From the NCBI RefSeq assembly GCF_006345805.1, contig NC_043004.1, positions 96,162,001-96,226,000 on the forward strand: DNA of 64,000 bases, in the 5' to 3' direction. Shown piece after piece: positions 1 through 13,217 of this stretch. Each line of letters starts with the position of its first letter. Positions within the stretch are counted from its first letter, which is position 1. The position numbers were made by a program, and so were the translations under genes. Below the pieces are notes generated by a model. The model had not been told where the DNA came from. It did no database searches and worked only from the letters and a program-made list of their open reading frames with translations. This DNA is from Octopus sinensis (Eukaryota).

Positions 1-51
1 GTATTAGTATTAGTATTAGTATTAGTAGTAGTAGTATTAGTAGTAGTAGTA

Positions 52-82
<31 letters not shown>

Positions 83-241
83 TGTAGTAGTAGTAGTAGC
101 AGCAGTAGCAGTAGCAGCCACAGCAGTGGCAGCAGCAGCAGTAGTAGTAGTAGTAGTAGCAGCAGTGGCAGTAGTAGTAGTAGTAGTAGTAGCAGCAGCA
201 GCCACAGCAGTGGCAGCAGCAGTAGTAGTAGTAGTAGTAGT

Positions 242-314
<73 letters not shown>

Positions 315-320
315 ATGTAG
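1..320. repeat. compound (TAG)n/(CAG)n trinucleotide microsatellite
   Basis: Direct repeats of gta/gca/gtg; explains the poly-V/A ORF at 126..320. Confidence 0.97.
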
Positions 321-781
321 TGGTAGTTGGTTTTTCTGTTTTTTTGGTGGGCTTGGGATCTCGTTAAATTTCTTGCAACCACTTGAAATATTGCAAATTT
401 TCTCCACATAATTTTCAGACAAATGTTGTTTTGCATGCTAAAGACAACCGGCTAAAATTATGTAACTTTAAATACTTGTAATATGTTTCTTTATTGAAAA
501 TAAAAAAATAAAAAATGAATGCAATTTTCACCATCAGCAGGCAAAACTACTACATCAAAACTATAATTTTTTGAAAATAATGTGATGAAAATTTAAAATT
601 CTTTAAGTGCCTGGGAGAAATTTTACAGGAGAATTTTCCCTTTCATTCCCTTATAAAATTTTGTTGTATCTTCAAATGGTAATTTAATATCAAAGACATA
701 AGACGGTAGTGAGCTGGCATAAACATTAGCACGCTGGGTGAAACGCTTAGTGGTATTTCGTCTGTCTGAGATAAGATGGAT

Positions 782-853
<72 letters not shown>

Positions 854-1853
854 AAGACAGATGCTGTCTCCTGTGGTATTAGTCACCCAGGTTCCGTAAA
901 TGATACCACTTAGGTTTGTTTTATATTTTTATGTTTACAAAATGTGCATTTTTTAAAGGAAGTAAAAATTGGCTATAATAACGTAGTCTTTCAGTCTCAT
1001 TGCTAGGAAGGTATGATGTTGTGAGGGAAAAATTGGAGGGTATATTTACAGAGGTTTAAAGATCAGAAAAACTCTGTATTTTCAGCCAATAACGAGACAG
1101 ATTTTTTTTGTGGTTAGTGGAGTGGTGTCAACTTTAAGGTTGTACCCTGTGAAATTTATAGTTTAGCATCTGTGACATGACCTGTTCATTGTTGGTTTCT
1201 AAATAAACAGAAATACTTAATAAAATCAAAATGTATCATCCTACTGTTTCTTTTGCCACCTCATTGTTTGTATGTTTTATTATTTTTTAAAATTTGTTAT
1301 ATTAATATATAATATATTAATGTGTTTACTTTATGCATATTTCAGTATCATGTATACCTATCATGTATTTGTGTACATCATTAATACATAAGTGCATGTG
1401 GGTGTATGTATTCATATATAAGCTTATATGTACAGTTATGCATTCATGTGTGTATGTATATGCGTGTGTGAAGGGGGCATCTGTCTCTAAAACTCCAAAG
1501 CTGAGTAACGTTTTCATGCTTGGATTTGTAAACTCTGATGAGAATAACACTGGTCAACAAAGAATTTGTCCCAAGAAAAAGAATACCTCTATCTTATATG
1601 TTTTTCATGCAGAATTCAAAAATAATGTCAAATTATCTGTATCACCCACAGTTTCTCTCTTCCACAATATCCCTCTCAGTTCCTATTACATGTGCTAAAT
1701 TTCAGTTAAGCTGTTGAAATGTGAAGCTAACGGTTTAAGAAATGCACCTAGTTTAAATTTTTCTGAATAGAATTAACCTAGTGAAATCATAAATCCAGAA
1801 ATTAGCATGTGTGTATGTATAGATAGATAGACAGAGAGACAAATGGACAGCCA

Positions 1854-2015
<162 letters not shown>

Positions 2016-3889
2016 GGGGGATACATACATACATTGTGACTGCTCCATCTTCCCAAATGATTGCTGCATCCTTGTACTTCTTTGCTGTCAATGGCATTTC
2101 TGACTTTCCATCCATGACCTCTCAGTCCTGTTGCATGGTTTGAAAATGAGAATTGTAAATTACTGATTGCTTCCAACTGGTTATATTTGAATAAGTCAAC
2201 AAACTTTGAATAAGTCAACAAGACGTTCAAAGGAGATGGTACGACAATGAAGTCATCCTAAAAGGACATCTGTATATTTAGTAATGATAAATATTCATAC
2301 AACACGAGTAGCATTGTCTGAGCCTCTCTGATGAGTACCCAGTGATATACATACATATATACATACATGCAAACAAACAACAAATAAACAAACATGCACA
2401 TATGATAGGAACCTGATCTGCATTATGTAAAAATTAACTGTTCTTTTTAGAGATACAAATAATTACTGGCACTAGATTTGAAACCATAGACTTCTACTAA
2501 AGACTACCCAAGGGACAATAATAGCTATAAAAGCTGCTACAACCATTTACACAGTAGAAGAAAAGCGATGGGAAACACACAAAAACACAAAAAAAAATAG
2601 CAAACAAAAAACATTACAACTTTAACAAACTACTGCAACAGTGACAACAAAAACTCTAAGACATGTTCTCCCAAATATAAAAACAACAAAACTATCTTTT
2701 AAACGAAAAATATAACAAATATAGAACCACAGTGAATATTTACAGCAACCTGCACTGTTATATGATGCAAAGATATCCCTTAATCATATTAGTGTGGTCT
2801 ACTGTTTAAAGCACTTGGGAGAAGCTATTTCAACAACAACCATTGTGGAAATCTAGCACAAACATTTTTTGGACAAGAAATCTAACTGGAATTCTAAAGA
2901 AGCTGTTTGCAGTGCACATAAATATTCTGTAATTCCTACAGATGCAGCCCATAGAGTTTCTTCAATTTGGGATAAAAGTGATAAAACTCATCTTGTTTGT
3001 TAATTTGTGAAAGAAATCAACTGCAAATAGTTTTTGCCAAGATAGACATTTTTATTCAAAAGACATAGTTTGCTAAATCGTGCATATTATCGTAAACTTC
3101 TGCAATTCCTTCTCTTCAAGTCTGTAGAGATTTGTCCAACTTTGGAAGATTACAGAATTCTGGTTTCTAATTCCAGAATACTATAGGCTTACTAAATCTA
3201 GTTGTTGCTTTGGCCATAACTAAGAGCACTACCTGCTATATTTATATTCTTAGTCAAACTGTAGATAGCTTTGTCCACTTAATGTATTTACTATTTGCTA
3301 AATGAAGAAATATTAATACGCATTCTACTTAATCATATACATATAGGTTATCTTCTTTAACTTTCTACACTTGACTTAATCCAAGCTAATGTCTTGCTAT
3401 TTTCTCTTTATTACCGATAAAACTGTATTTAATTACACAAGCTTATCCACATCGCTAACTCTGTTAATGCTAATTTGTGCCTGCGTCCTTTAACAGCAAA
3501 TGTCTTTCAGCTATTCTTTGAAATTATCATGCATACCAACTTAAATTTACTGTTTTCTAACTGTAATATTTGACAGTCATTTTAAGGGGTTTAATAAAAC
3601 TGACTCTTGTCTGAAGCTGTTCTTTTGAATGCCCACATTTGATATTTCACAATTTAAAACATCAGAGTTACTTTCCCCACATTTTTAGACTAGAATTAAA
3701 TCATTAACTGAATGTATTTTTCTCCCAACTATGAGTGTAATTAGTGTAATTACCCTGCACGCATATTGTAATCATTCGTCTTTGTCCGTTTGTCAGTGTG
3801 TCTTCAAAATTACTGGAAAATTGGCAGAATGGATTTTCACTCATTGGGTGACTGGCTTGAAATGATGAAAATTTGGTTTTGATTGTCTT

Positions 3890-4820
3890 CAAACATACAT
3901 AAATACATACATAAATATGTGACTCTGTGTGTGTATGTGTGTGTGCGTGCATGCATGTGTACGTGTGTGTGTTCGTGCATTCATGTGTATGTGTGTGTGT
4001 GTGTGTACAGTGATGGATTGGAGGGCTTCATTTATTTACGAGTTGGTTTTTTAATTTCTCCGGAGTATAAATACCTATAATGGTGAAACACTTCTCAAAT
4101 TCTATGCAATATTTTCTATAAGTATTTTATTTTGTTCACTTTCTTTTTCATATGAATCGACCCTCGTCTGCATGGGTATAGACCATGGTGTACTTATGCA
4201 CGTAGACACGTGTGGGTACATACATATACAAAAATACATGCATGGATATTCAACTCTGTGCGTATGTGTGTGTGTGTGTGCGTGTATGTACAGTGATGGC
4301 TTCAAGGGTTTCATTTATTTATGAGTTGATTTCCATATTTCACCAGAGTACAAATACCTATAATGGTGATACTTAAAAAAAAATCAAACCTACGAAGCTC
4401 CTGATAAGCAAGTCGTCATATTATTTATATCCTATAAAGAACTACAGTACGTTTGATTCACCTGCCAACATTGAAAGACGTTGAAAACACTTAAATTGTA
4501 TGCAATATATGCTATAAGTATTTCATTTTGTCCACTTTTTTCCATATGAATCGACCCTCATCTGCATGTGTATAGATCCTGGTGTATCTATGCACATAGA
4601 CTTGTGTGTACATACATACATACGTACGTACGTACGTACGTACATACATAAATACATACATACCTACATACATACATACATAAATGCATACATAGGTACG
4701 CGACTCTGTGTGTGTGTGCACGTATTTGCGTACAGTGATGGATTCGAGGGTTTCGTTAAGTTATGAGCTGATTTCTCAATTTCACTAGACTATAAATACC
4801 TATAATAGTGATACTTGAAA
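3890..4820. repeat. three diverged tandem units (about 280-440 bp) with an internal microsatellite
   Basis: Block 'tacagtgatgg...aaatacctataat(g/a)gtga' recurs at about 4007, 4289 and 4731. Confidence 0.85.
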
Positions 4821-5759
4821 AAGAAAATGATAATTCAGTTAAATTAAAATGCATGGGTAAGCAATGCATTGTAAGCCACACCATGAGTTGCAAAAAAATT
4901 TATCTGCACGCAGGGTATTCATTTTAATTGAAATTTGTTTTGCTCATTTCATTATGCATGTTAGAGCTGACTTTATTTTCTGTTCATCATGCTGTAGGTG
5001 AACATGAGAAATCGCCATTAGTCTAATTTATTTATTTAGCTATTTACTTTATATTTGAAGCAATTTAGTGCGCATTTCCACACGGAGATACACAGGAATA
5101 CTTAGACAGACATACACAGATAGAATGTTTAGTTGGATTGCATAATCTCTTTAAACTTTCCTCTACGATAGATTTTTTCTTAATTAACAATTGAGAAAAA
5201 AACATTTTTGTATTTGCAGAAATCATTCCACCTATATTTTATCTGAAAAATTGACATAACTGTTTGTTTCTCTACTTTTGTATTGTCTTTCCTGTTTCTG
5301 TCACATTTTGTGAGATTTTAAAATTACGTCAGAATTTTAAAATTTGGTATACTGAAATAATTTTCCATGTCAAATCTAATTTTGTTATTTATTTGTTCCA
5401 GAAAAAAAATTGTAGAAAAATGTTACTGAGGTTTAAAGTTTAATAAGTTTTACCTAATCAGGAAACACGATCTGGAAGCTAACATTTTCTACATGATAGC
5501 TGGCTTTTTCTGCGTGATAGAAAATGAAAACAAAATCATTTAGAGGAGGATTTTTTGTTAAACAAATGAAAGCAAAGCATTACGACAACCAAAGTGGTAA
5601 GACCTTCCGAAGTTTTAATGAATAAAATCATGTGAAATGGTCGAACAGACATGAATTAGGTCGTCAAGTATGAAATTTGTAGAAAAGAAAACAAGTTTGC
5701 TAATGATTTATAAATACAAGGAATAGTTTGATTCATCAAAGTATGTACCCATATTGTAA

Positions 5760-6050
5760 ATACACTTTTGCCATTTCAGTGGTAGCTTGTCCAGCCTGGA
5801 ACTGTAAAAGTCTGGCAATCTAGAGTCGGTAAAATCTTAGAAGGCCTGTTTTACAGCATCGTCGAAATTAAATTTTTTTTCCTATCAAAAAGTTATCCAA
5901 ATTCTAGAGGTGGTAATCAATAGAGGCAAGATCAGGTGAGTATGGTGGTTGATGGAGAACTTCCAACTCCAACTTCTGTAGTTACGCCAATGTCATTTTT
6001 GCGATGTGTGGTCTGGCATTGGCTTGCAATAAAATAGGAGTGGATCTATT
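5760..6050 (-). pseudogene. mariner transposase C-terminal remnant
   Basis: Minus-strand translation LLQANARPHIAKMTLA*LQKLELEVLHQPPYSPDLASIDYHL matches the mariner HDNARPH and YSPDLAP motifs; stops present. Confidence 0.88.
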
Positions 6051-7088
6051 GATAACTTCTGCTACCTAGGTGACCAAGTCTGTAGTGGGGTGGATGCTCA
6101 GAGAGTGTTACCACTAAAATAAGAATACCCTGGGCAAAGTTCAGAGAGCTTCTACCCCTACTGGTGACAAAGGGTCTCTCATTCAGAGTGAAAGGTAGAT
6201 TGTACGATGCACGTGTGCGAACTGCTATGCTTTACGGCAGTGAAACATGGGCCGTGACTGCTGAAAACATGCAGAGGCTCGAAAGAAATGAAGCTAGCAT
6301 GATCCGCTGGATGTGTAATGTCAGTGTGCACACACGACACAGTGTAAGCGCTCTGAGAGAAATGTTGGGCATAAGAAGCATTGGATGTGGCATGCAAGAG
6401 AGATGTTTGCATTGGTATGGTCATGTACTATGGATGGATAATTAGAGCTTTGTGAAGAAGTGTCACTCCCAAACAGTGGTAGGAATCTGGGGTAGAGGGA
6501 GACCCAGGAAGACATGGGATGAGGTGGTGAAGTATGACCTTCGAACATTGGGCCTTACAGAGGCAATGACAGAAGACCAAGACCTCTGGAGATATGCTGA
6601 GACTGAGAAGACCCAGCAAATAAAGTGAGTTCACAGCTGTAACGTACACCAGTGTCGCATAAACAGCCAACTCAAAAGTACCTTGGGCAACATACCGTGC
6701 TTGAGGAGACCTATCGAGTCAACTACATCAAAATGAAAATCAAATGAAAATTGTAGTGGTTATCCTCGTGCCGGTGGCACATAAAAAGCACCGTTCAAGC
6801 GTGGCCAATGTCAGCATTGCCTTGACTGGCTTCCCTGCCGGTGGCACTTGAAAATCACCAACCGATCATGGTCATTGCCAGCCCCTTCTGGCCACTGTGC
6901 ATGTGGCAGGTAAAAAGCACCCACTACACTCTCAGAGTGATTGGCATTAGGAAGGGCATCCAGCTGTAGAAACAGCGCCAGATCAGACTAGAGCCTGGTG
7001 CAGCTTCCTGGCTTCCCAGACTCCAGTCAAGCCATCTAACCCATTCCAGCATAGAAAACGGACATTAAACGATGATGATGATGATGAT
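6050..7088 (+). mobile_element. 5'-truncated RTE-clade LINE: ORF C-terminus, repeat-containing 3' UTR, (GAT)n tail
   Basis: ORF 6164..6445 KGRLYDARVRTAMLYGSETW...WYGHV, then a GRPRKTW-like segment, typical of the RTE C-terminus; ends ...gacattaaacgatgatgatg. Confidence 0.9.
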
Positions 7089-7431
7089 ATATATATATAT
7101 AGTAAATGAAAGATAGAAGATGGTGTATACGATAATTTATTATTAATCATAACACCTAGCATCTACCCCTCACATGCAACAGAATGTTTTTAGTTTCTGT
7201 CACCCAGATTCTCATACACAAGACTTCAGTTGGGGAAGGGTCTATAGTAGAAGACAGCCAACCAAGGTACCACTGAGTGGGACTGAACTTGAAACCATAC
7301 AGTTGAGAAATAATCTTCTTAAACCCCTACCATCATACACACACACACGTCTACACTTGCATAAATACCAATAAACACCAATGAATACACACAAATCATT
7401 TACTCAAAGCTATCATCTAAATGAAACATAC

Positions 7432-7526
7432 AGCCGGTTCTGGTGGTGGTGGTGAAATCCAGCATTTGCTGAAGTAGGTGGTGAAGTGTATCCACTTGAA
7501 TATACACAGTGCTGGATTAAACTCTT
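7432..7526 (-). CDS. candidate internal exon of an unidentified host gene
   Basis: GC-richer 95-nt island in AT-rich unique DNA, bounded by TAG| and |GTATGT on the minus strand; two frames open (KSLIQHCVYSSGYTSPPTSANAGFHHHHQNR or EFNPALCIFKWIHFTTYFSKCWISPPPPEPA). Weak polypyrimidine tract. Confidence 0.3.
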
Positions 7527-8289
7527 CTATATTTATAATCTATTTCTATATCATATAATTAAACTGGCTTTCATCTTAGTCACTAATGATTTGAATAAAG
7601 TGGAATTGCTGATACATTTTAAAGATATGTTAGTGACTAATGGTAATATCTTATTTACTTGTTAGGGAACTTTCTTGAATGTAACTTTTAATTAACCTAG
7701 ATATTTCAATATTAGAGCAAATATAATCTCTCACCTTCTCTTCCCATTTGAAATTGGATCATGATTAGAATAAATAAACACACAAGCATTGCTTTGTTAA
7801 GCAATGTGTGAATTAGATTTGTGTGCGAAGCATGAAGGATTTTACAATTGTTTGAAGAATGTAAGTTTTCTTTATCTTTAATCTTTTACTTGTCAAAGTC
7901 ATTGGACTGTGGCCATGCTGGAGCACCACCTTGAAGTGTTTAGTAGAACCCTAATCTCTATAATTTTCTTTTATGAGTGTTTTATAACAATTTTACGGAT
8001 CTTTTCCTTTTGAATGGCATATGTCAACACAATTTCTAGTTAACTAAACACTTTTAAACTTCGTATACTGGTAGAATGTGTTTATAAGACATCATTTTTT
8101 CTTAGCTTTATTGAGAAAATTCTATAGTTTGTAAGATATTTCCACTTTAATTTCGAGCATTTCGGCAATTTTAACCAATCACTGGAGTCCATTTGAGGTG
8201 AAAACATTCCGTGCTGTATGAATATGTCCCTCGTTTAAGAAACAGATTGGGTTTATTTACATTTGCGAAGAAAAAAAGATACCCTAACC

Positions 8290-8716
8290 CAAGCCAAGTG
8301 AGATCACAGCTGTGGCCGATGCCAGTGTCACATAACTGGCCCATTTAAAAGTACTCCTTCAATTGTTGGGTAATATACTGTGCTTGAGAAGATCTGTTGA
8401 GCCAAGTGAAATTGTAGTCTGACTGGCACCCATTAGAGTGGTACCCATGCTAGTGGCACATAAAAAGCACCATTCAAGCCTGTTTTATACTAGTGCTGCA
8501 TGACTGGCTCCCATGCTGGTGACATGTAAAAAGCACCCACTACATTCTTGGAGTGGTTGGCATTAAGAAGAGCATCCAGCTGTAGAAACCTTGCCAGATC
8601 AGACTGGGGTCTGGTACAGCCTCCTGGTTTGCCAGTCCTTAGTCAAGCCATTCAACCCATGCCAGCATGGAAAGTGGACATTAAAAAAACAATAATGATG
8701 ATGATGATGATGATGA
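8290..8716 (+). mobile_element. RTE LINE 3' UTR fragment with (GAT)n tail
   Basis: Same tail as 6620-7088 (gagtggttggcattaagaagagcatccagctgtagaaac...atgatgatg). Confidence 0.85.
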
Positions 8717-9716
8717 AGCCTAGTATTCATTCTTTTGATCTCTTTTTGGCCAACTTTTAAGTTACAGGGATGTAAACAAACCAACATTGATTGTCAAGTG
8801 ACGATAGGGGACAAACACAAAGACACACACATAAGATTCTTTCGGTTTTTGCCTTCCAAAACCATTTACAAGGCTTTAGTCATATCATAGAAGACACTTG
8901 CCCAAGTTGCCACTTAGAGGAACTGAACCCAGAACCATGTAGTTGGGAAGCAAGCCTCTTACCACACAGTCAGGCTTGTACCTATGTCAATAGTCCCATT
9001 TGACCAACACAACTATCTGCCCATTGTAATAAAGTGCACGTAGCTGAGTATTCCACAGTCAACATTTTGTACCATTAAACATTTATTGTTCAAATTAATC
9101 TGTCAAATGTAATGCTTATTTGTTTTCATTATTTTGAATTATTCTGGTTCAAGTGGCATGTCCGCAATATTTGCTTGTAACTTTGTTAATCTTCTACATA
9201 CAGATTTGAAATTTTGAAAGAGGGTTCTTATATACCATTGGTTTATAGTTATGTAATTTTAGCTGATCGTTTGATTAAATTTTAAACTTTTATGGGCAGG
9301 TAAATTGGATTAACAGGTGTAAAAGCAATAACATTATGGATAAACACTAAAATTGAAATACTTAACTCATCTTGCTTATTTGATTTGTTACTAAAATTAT
9401 CCCAGGTGTCATCAGCCAACAATCTTGCCACTTTTCAAGATGAGGTACATTAATTTGAATTAATTAAAATGCAGGTATTATCAGTACAAGTTTTTACTCT
9501 TTCTCTATATTTCATTCAAACATTTTCATTGAAAATGAAGTACAAAAATCTTTTGCTTGTTAATATATCATTGGCTATGTACTCTTATACAATTTAATGA
9601 ATTCATTTACATGACCAAATGCATTTAATAAAGAAAGCTCATTAACAGGTGAGACAAAAGTGAATACATGTGTGACATATTGAAAATGAATGTGTATTTA
9701 TCACTTTCAGATATTA

Positions 9717-10081
9717 TCTCTCTATATATAAACGGCAAAATGTCTGTGTGTGTGTGTCCTTTATACAAATCCACAATTTTTCAGTTAGAGGGCTTGCACT
9801 TTCTATGGTCATTCAAAACCGTCCAAGGGTGGTCGTGCACATCTTTACATTTCCCCAGTCACCCCGCAAAGCCATTAAAAAATCAATAGAAGTGACTTTT
9901 TTGTGAATTTTCTATCCAAAACCCAATCAAAATGCCCGAAACTTGATACGCCAATTGAATGCCAGCATCTGTATGTGATTGGTCAGAGATTTGGACAGTA
10001 CTCACATGTATGTGCACACGCACGCAGCTGTATATGCATGCACTAGCACTATGACCTGGCAACGCCGGGTCATAGTGCTAG
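9717..10081 (+). mobile_element. non-autonomous Helitron
   Basis: 5' A|TC...tatatataaa start, 3' hairpin and CTAG end, no TSD; 3' end shared with 40089-41492. Right flank is C rather than the canonical T. Confidence 0.8.
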
Positions 10082-10152
10082 CTTGTAATAAAATTTAAGG
10101 AATATATATGATAGTATTACTATCAAACAACAAAAGAGATGCAGCACGGAAT

Positions 10153-10203
10153 TTTGTCAGTGAACAGATCGTAGTCTCAAAGTGACGAAAATATTTTGGC
10201 AAA
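10153..10203 (+). ncRNA. degenerate type-I hammerhead ribozyme, G3:C8 core, within a ~210-bp repeat (10136-10345)
   Basis: TTTGTCA-GTGAACA-g-atcgt..gtgac-GAA-AATATT-T-TGGCAAA; same family as 53795-53985; helix II partly decayed. Confidence 0.6.
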
Positions 10204-10369
10204 TTAAATTTAAATGTTGAAGTGAATCTAATGGTTTTTGTGTGTTTTTTAAATGGCTTATAAATACCTTCCACACTGCAATTGTTTTCGTTCCAGCACA
10301 CGATCTCAGATCAGGTCACTTGCTATGCAAGTACATCTCTGTAAAACAAAATATAGTTATGCCATATTT

Positions 10370-11714
10370 CTATCATGAAACTGTCCAAAATACCCTTTAC
10401 ACAAGGGTACTTTAAAAAACGAATTTATATATAAGGTCTCAGCCTGATGTCCTTTCGCAGCTTTCTTTTTTGCAGTGAACACAATCAATAAACTTTTTTC
10501 CTTCCATTTATTTTTTCCCCTGTATGGAAGTCAATAATTTCTCTGTTGACATACACCTCAATTAATTTTGCTTTTCTCCCAGTTCAGTGGTCTCTTGAAG
10601 AAAATCCCTCATGTTACTGGGATGCGAAATTTCAAATGGTCATAATCCTTAGGTGGTGGAGACACCTTGTGGCTTTTCACATAAACAATATATGAATTAA
10701 CAATAGTCAGACATAATGCTGGAGATATATAGATCGCCATTACGTTATATCAGGATTCCAGTAGTTCCACAGTCGAGGAAGCTGCTTGACACCAAACATG
10801 ATGTTTATAGTAAAAAAAAGCTTGCACTTCCACAGTATCAGTTGGCTGTCACAGAGGATCAGGTCTTCTACGAATAGAAATTATGCATTGAGCATATTTA
10901 TTTGTTTCCTCTGCGAGGATTCAAAAACACTTTTTGGTAAAATTAAAAATAGTCTAATGGTTGAGTATCAGGACGTAGACCGTGTTGTGGACTAGTCTTT
11001 TCTGTGAAATCAGCAATTGTGGTTGATGTAGTAAACTTCAACCATGTTGCTGTAATGTTTTCAATATCCTTTTCATCACTGTTATAATCAATATCTTCTT
11101 TGTTCAATGAAGATCCATAAATATCAATATCAGATTCGTCTGAAGACAAATCACTTGTTTTTGTTTATTATTTCTGTATTGTCCACAAGGGGCTAAACAT
11201 AGAGGGGACAAACAAGGACAGACAAATGGCTTAAGTCGATTACATCAACTCCAGTGTGTAACTGGTACTTAATTTATCGACCCCGAAAGTATGAAAGGCA
11301 AAGTCGACCTCGGCAGAATTTGAACTCAGAACGTAACGGCAGACGAAATACCACTACGCACTTCGTCTGGCATGCTAACGTTTCTGCCAGCTCACCATCT
11401 TCGTTTTTGTTTATATGTTGTACATCATCAAGAGGAAAGCCTTCCAAATCAGAATCACTACTTGCTGATGCCATATCATTAAAAACTAAGATATACACTT
11501 CCCTTCAAATGTTGAAAAAAAACCAAGAAGTCTCAAAACTTTCATGGTATTTTTACTTGAATAAAGGTGGGAAAGGCTTTATCTTGCATCATCTCAAAGC
11601 TATGAGAATTCAGTAACGTGATTTGTTTATTTTTTTTTGTACAGGAATCAGATACAGCCAGATTTATTCCAGTTCAAACAAACAAAGGTTTTGGTCTGTC
11701 TGAACACTAAAGGG
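10370..11714 (-). mobile_element. internally deleted piggyBac-like element interrupted by a SINE
   Basis: Acidic N-terminus (MASASSDSDLEGF...SSDESDIDIY...QPLDYF), then EVQAFFTINIMFGVKQLPRLWNYW; right end ...ctaaaggg|ttga resembles a TIR plus decayed TTAA. Confidence 0.7.
11166..11400 (-). mobile_element. SINE family C (central domain resembles Meta/Sauria-type domain)
   Basis: gagctggcagaaacgttagc...gttcaaattctgccgaggtcgactttgcctttcat...; related copies near 700, 12060, 15115, 30985, 43270 and 48495. Domain naming is from memory. Confidence 0.85.
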
Positions 11715-12310
11715 TTGAAGTAATCCTCTAGCAGAAGCAGTATGGCAGTGAGTGTAAGGAGGCTGCCCATTGAAGTACAGGTACAACCCTTCCTATAAGC
11801 TTCGATATTGAAGTACAGGCATGGCTGTGTGGTTAAGAAGATAACTTTGCTATTGCGTGTTTTTAGGTTCAAGTTACTGTGGAGCACCTTGGGTAAGCAT
11901 CTCTTCTCTTATAATCCCAGGCTGACCAATGTCTTGTGAATGAATTTCATAGATGGAAACTGTGTGGATGCCTATCAAATACACACACACACACACACAC
12001 ACACACCACACACACACACACAAATAATGCACATATAAGCAGGAATGTATGTAATTAGTATATTGGTCCAAGGCTAGCAGTTTAGGGAAGGGCTAAATCA
12101 ATTACATCGACCTCAGCACTCAAATGGTACTTGATGAAAGGCAAAGCTGACCTTGGCAGAATTAGAACTCAGACCATAAAGACGGACATTATGCTGCTAA
12201 GCGTTTTGCCTGGTGGGCAATGATTCTGCCAGTTGCCACCTTGTATATACTGTATTTTAACGTGTATAACGAAGCCCCTAATTTTGTGGGCTTAAAATTT
12301 GGAAAAATAA

Positions 12311-12470
12311 GCACAGGAGTGGCTGTGTGGTAAGCTTACTTACCAACCACATGGTTCTGGGTTCAATCCCACTGCATGGCACCTTGGGCAAGTGTCTTCT
12401 ACTATAGCCTCTGGTCGACCAAATCCTTGTGAGTGGATTTGGTAGACGGAAACTGAAAGAAGCCCATCGT

Positions 12471-12502
<32 letters not shown>

Positions 12503-12735
12503 TGTATGTATGTGTATATGTTTGTGTGTCTGTGTTTGTCCCCCAGCATCGCTTGACAACCGATGCGGGTGTGTTTACGTCCCCGTAACTTAGTGGTTTG
12601 GCAAAAGAGACCGATAAAATAAGTACTAGGCTTACAAAGAATAAGTCCTGGGGTCGATTTGCTTGACTAAAGGCAGTGCTCCAGCATGGCAACAGTCAAA
12701 TGACTGAAACCAGTAAAAGAATAAAGATAAAGAGT
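12311..12735 (+). mobile_element. SINE family A (~420 bp; tRNA-like head, internal TA/TG microsatellite, (GTAAAAGA)n-type tail)
   Basis: A-box-like tggctgtgtgg and B-box-like ggttcaatccc; more than ten similar copies in the window. Confidence 0.93.
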
Positions 12736-13151
12736 ATCCATATTTAAAAAACTCCCATATTTTTTTAACCTAATTTTTGACAAAAATGGTTCCTTATACA
12801 CATTAGAATATATTTATTAATATATTGGTTTCAAATTTTAGCCCAAGGCCAGCAATTTAGGGGAGCGATAAATCAAATAAAATGAACCACATAGGTCTTT
12901 GAACTCAAAGTGTAAAGACGGACAGAAATGTAATTAATATATTAAGTTCCTACTCAGGTTTTACATATTTAACTAATAAAATGTTTAAAATCTTCCAGGG
13001 AGATGATGTAATGATAGAGTGATTGCATTTAATATTCTAGTTAACTTTTATCAGCTAAAGTGTTTGTCTTCTCTCTCTTCTCTCCTTCTCTCTCTCTCTC
13101 TCTCTCCATATGCATACACAAACACATATATATATATGTAGGTGTATACAA

Positions 13152-13217
<66 letters not shown>

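Noticed and set aside
2328-2350. CTGATGAGTAC hammerhead-like half
   Set aside because: Truncated by a microsatellite; no GAAA or helix III.
8281-8290. ACCCTAACCC telomere-like motif
   Set aside because: Under two units, at the edge of a dispersed repeat; not an interstitial telomere.
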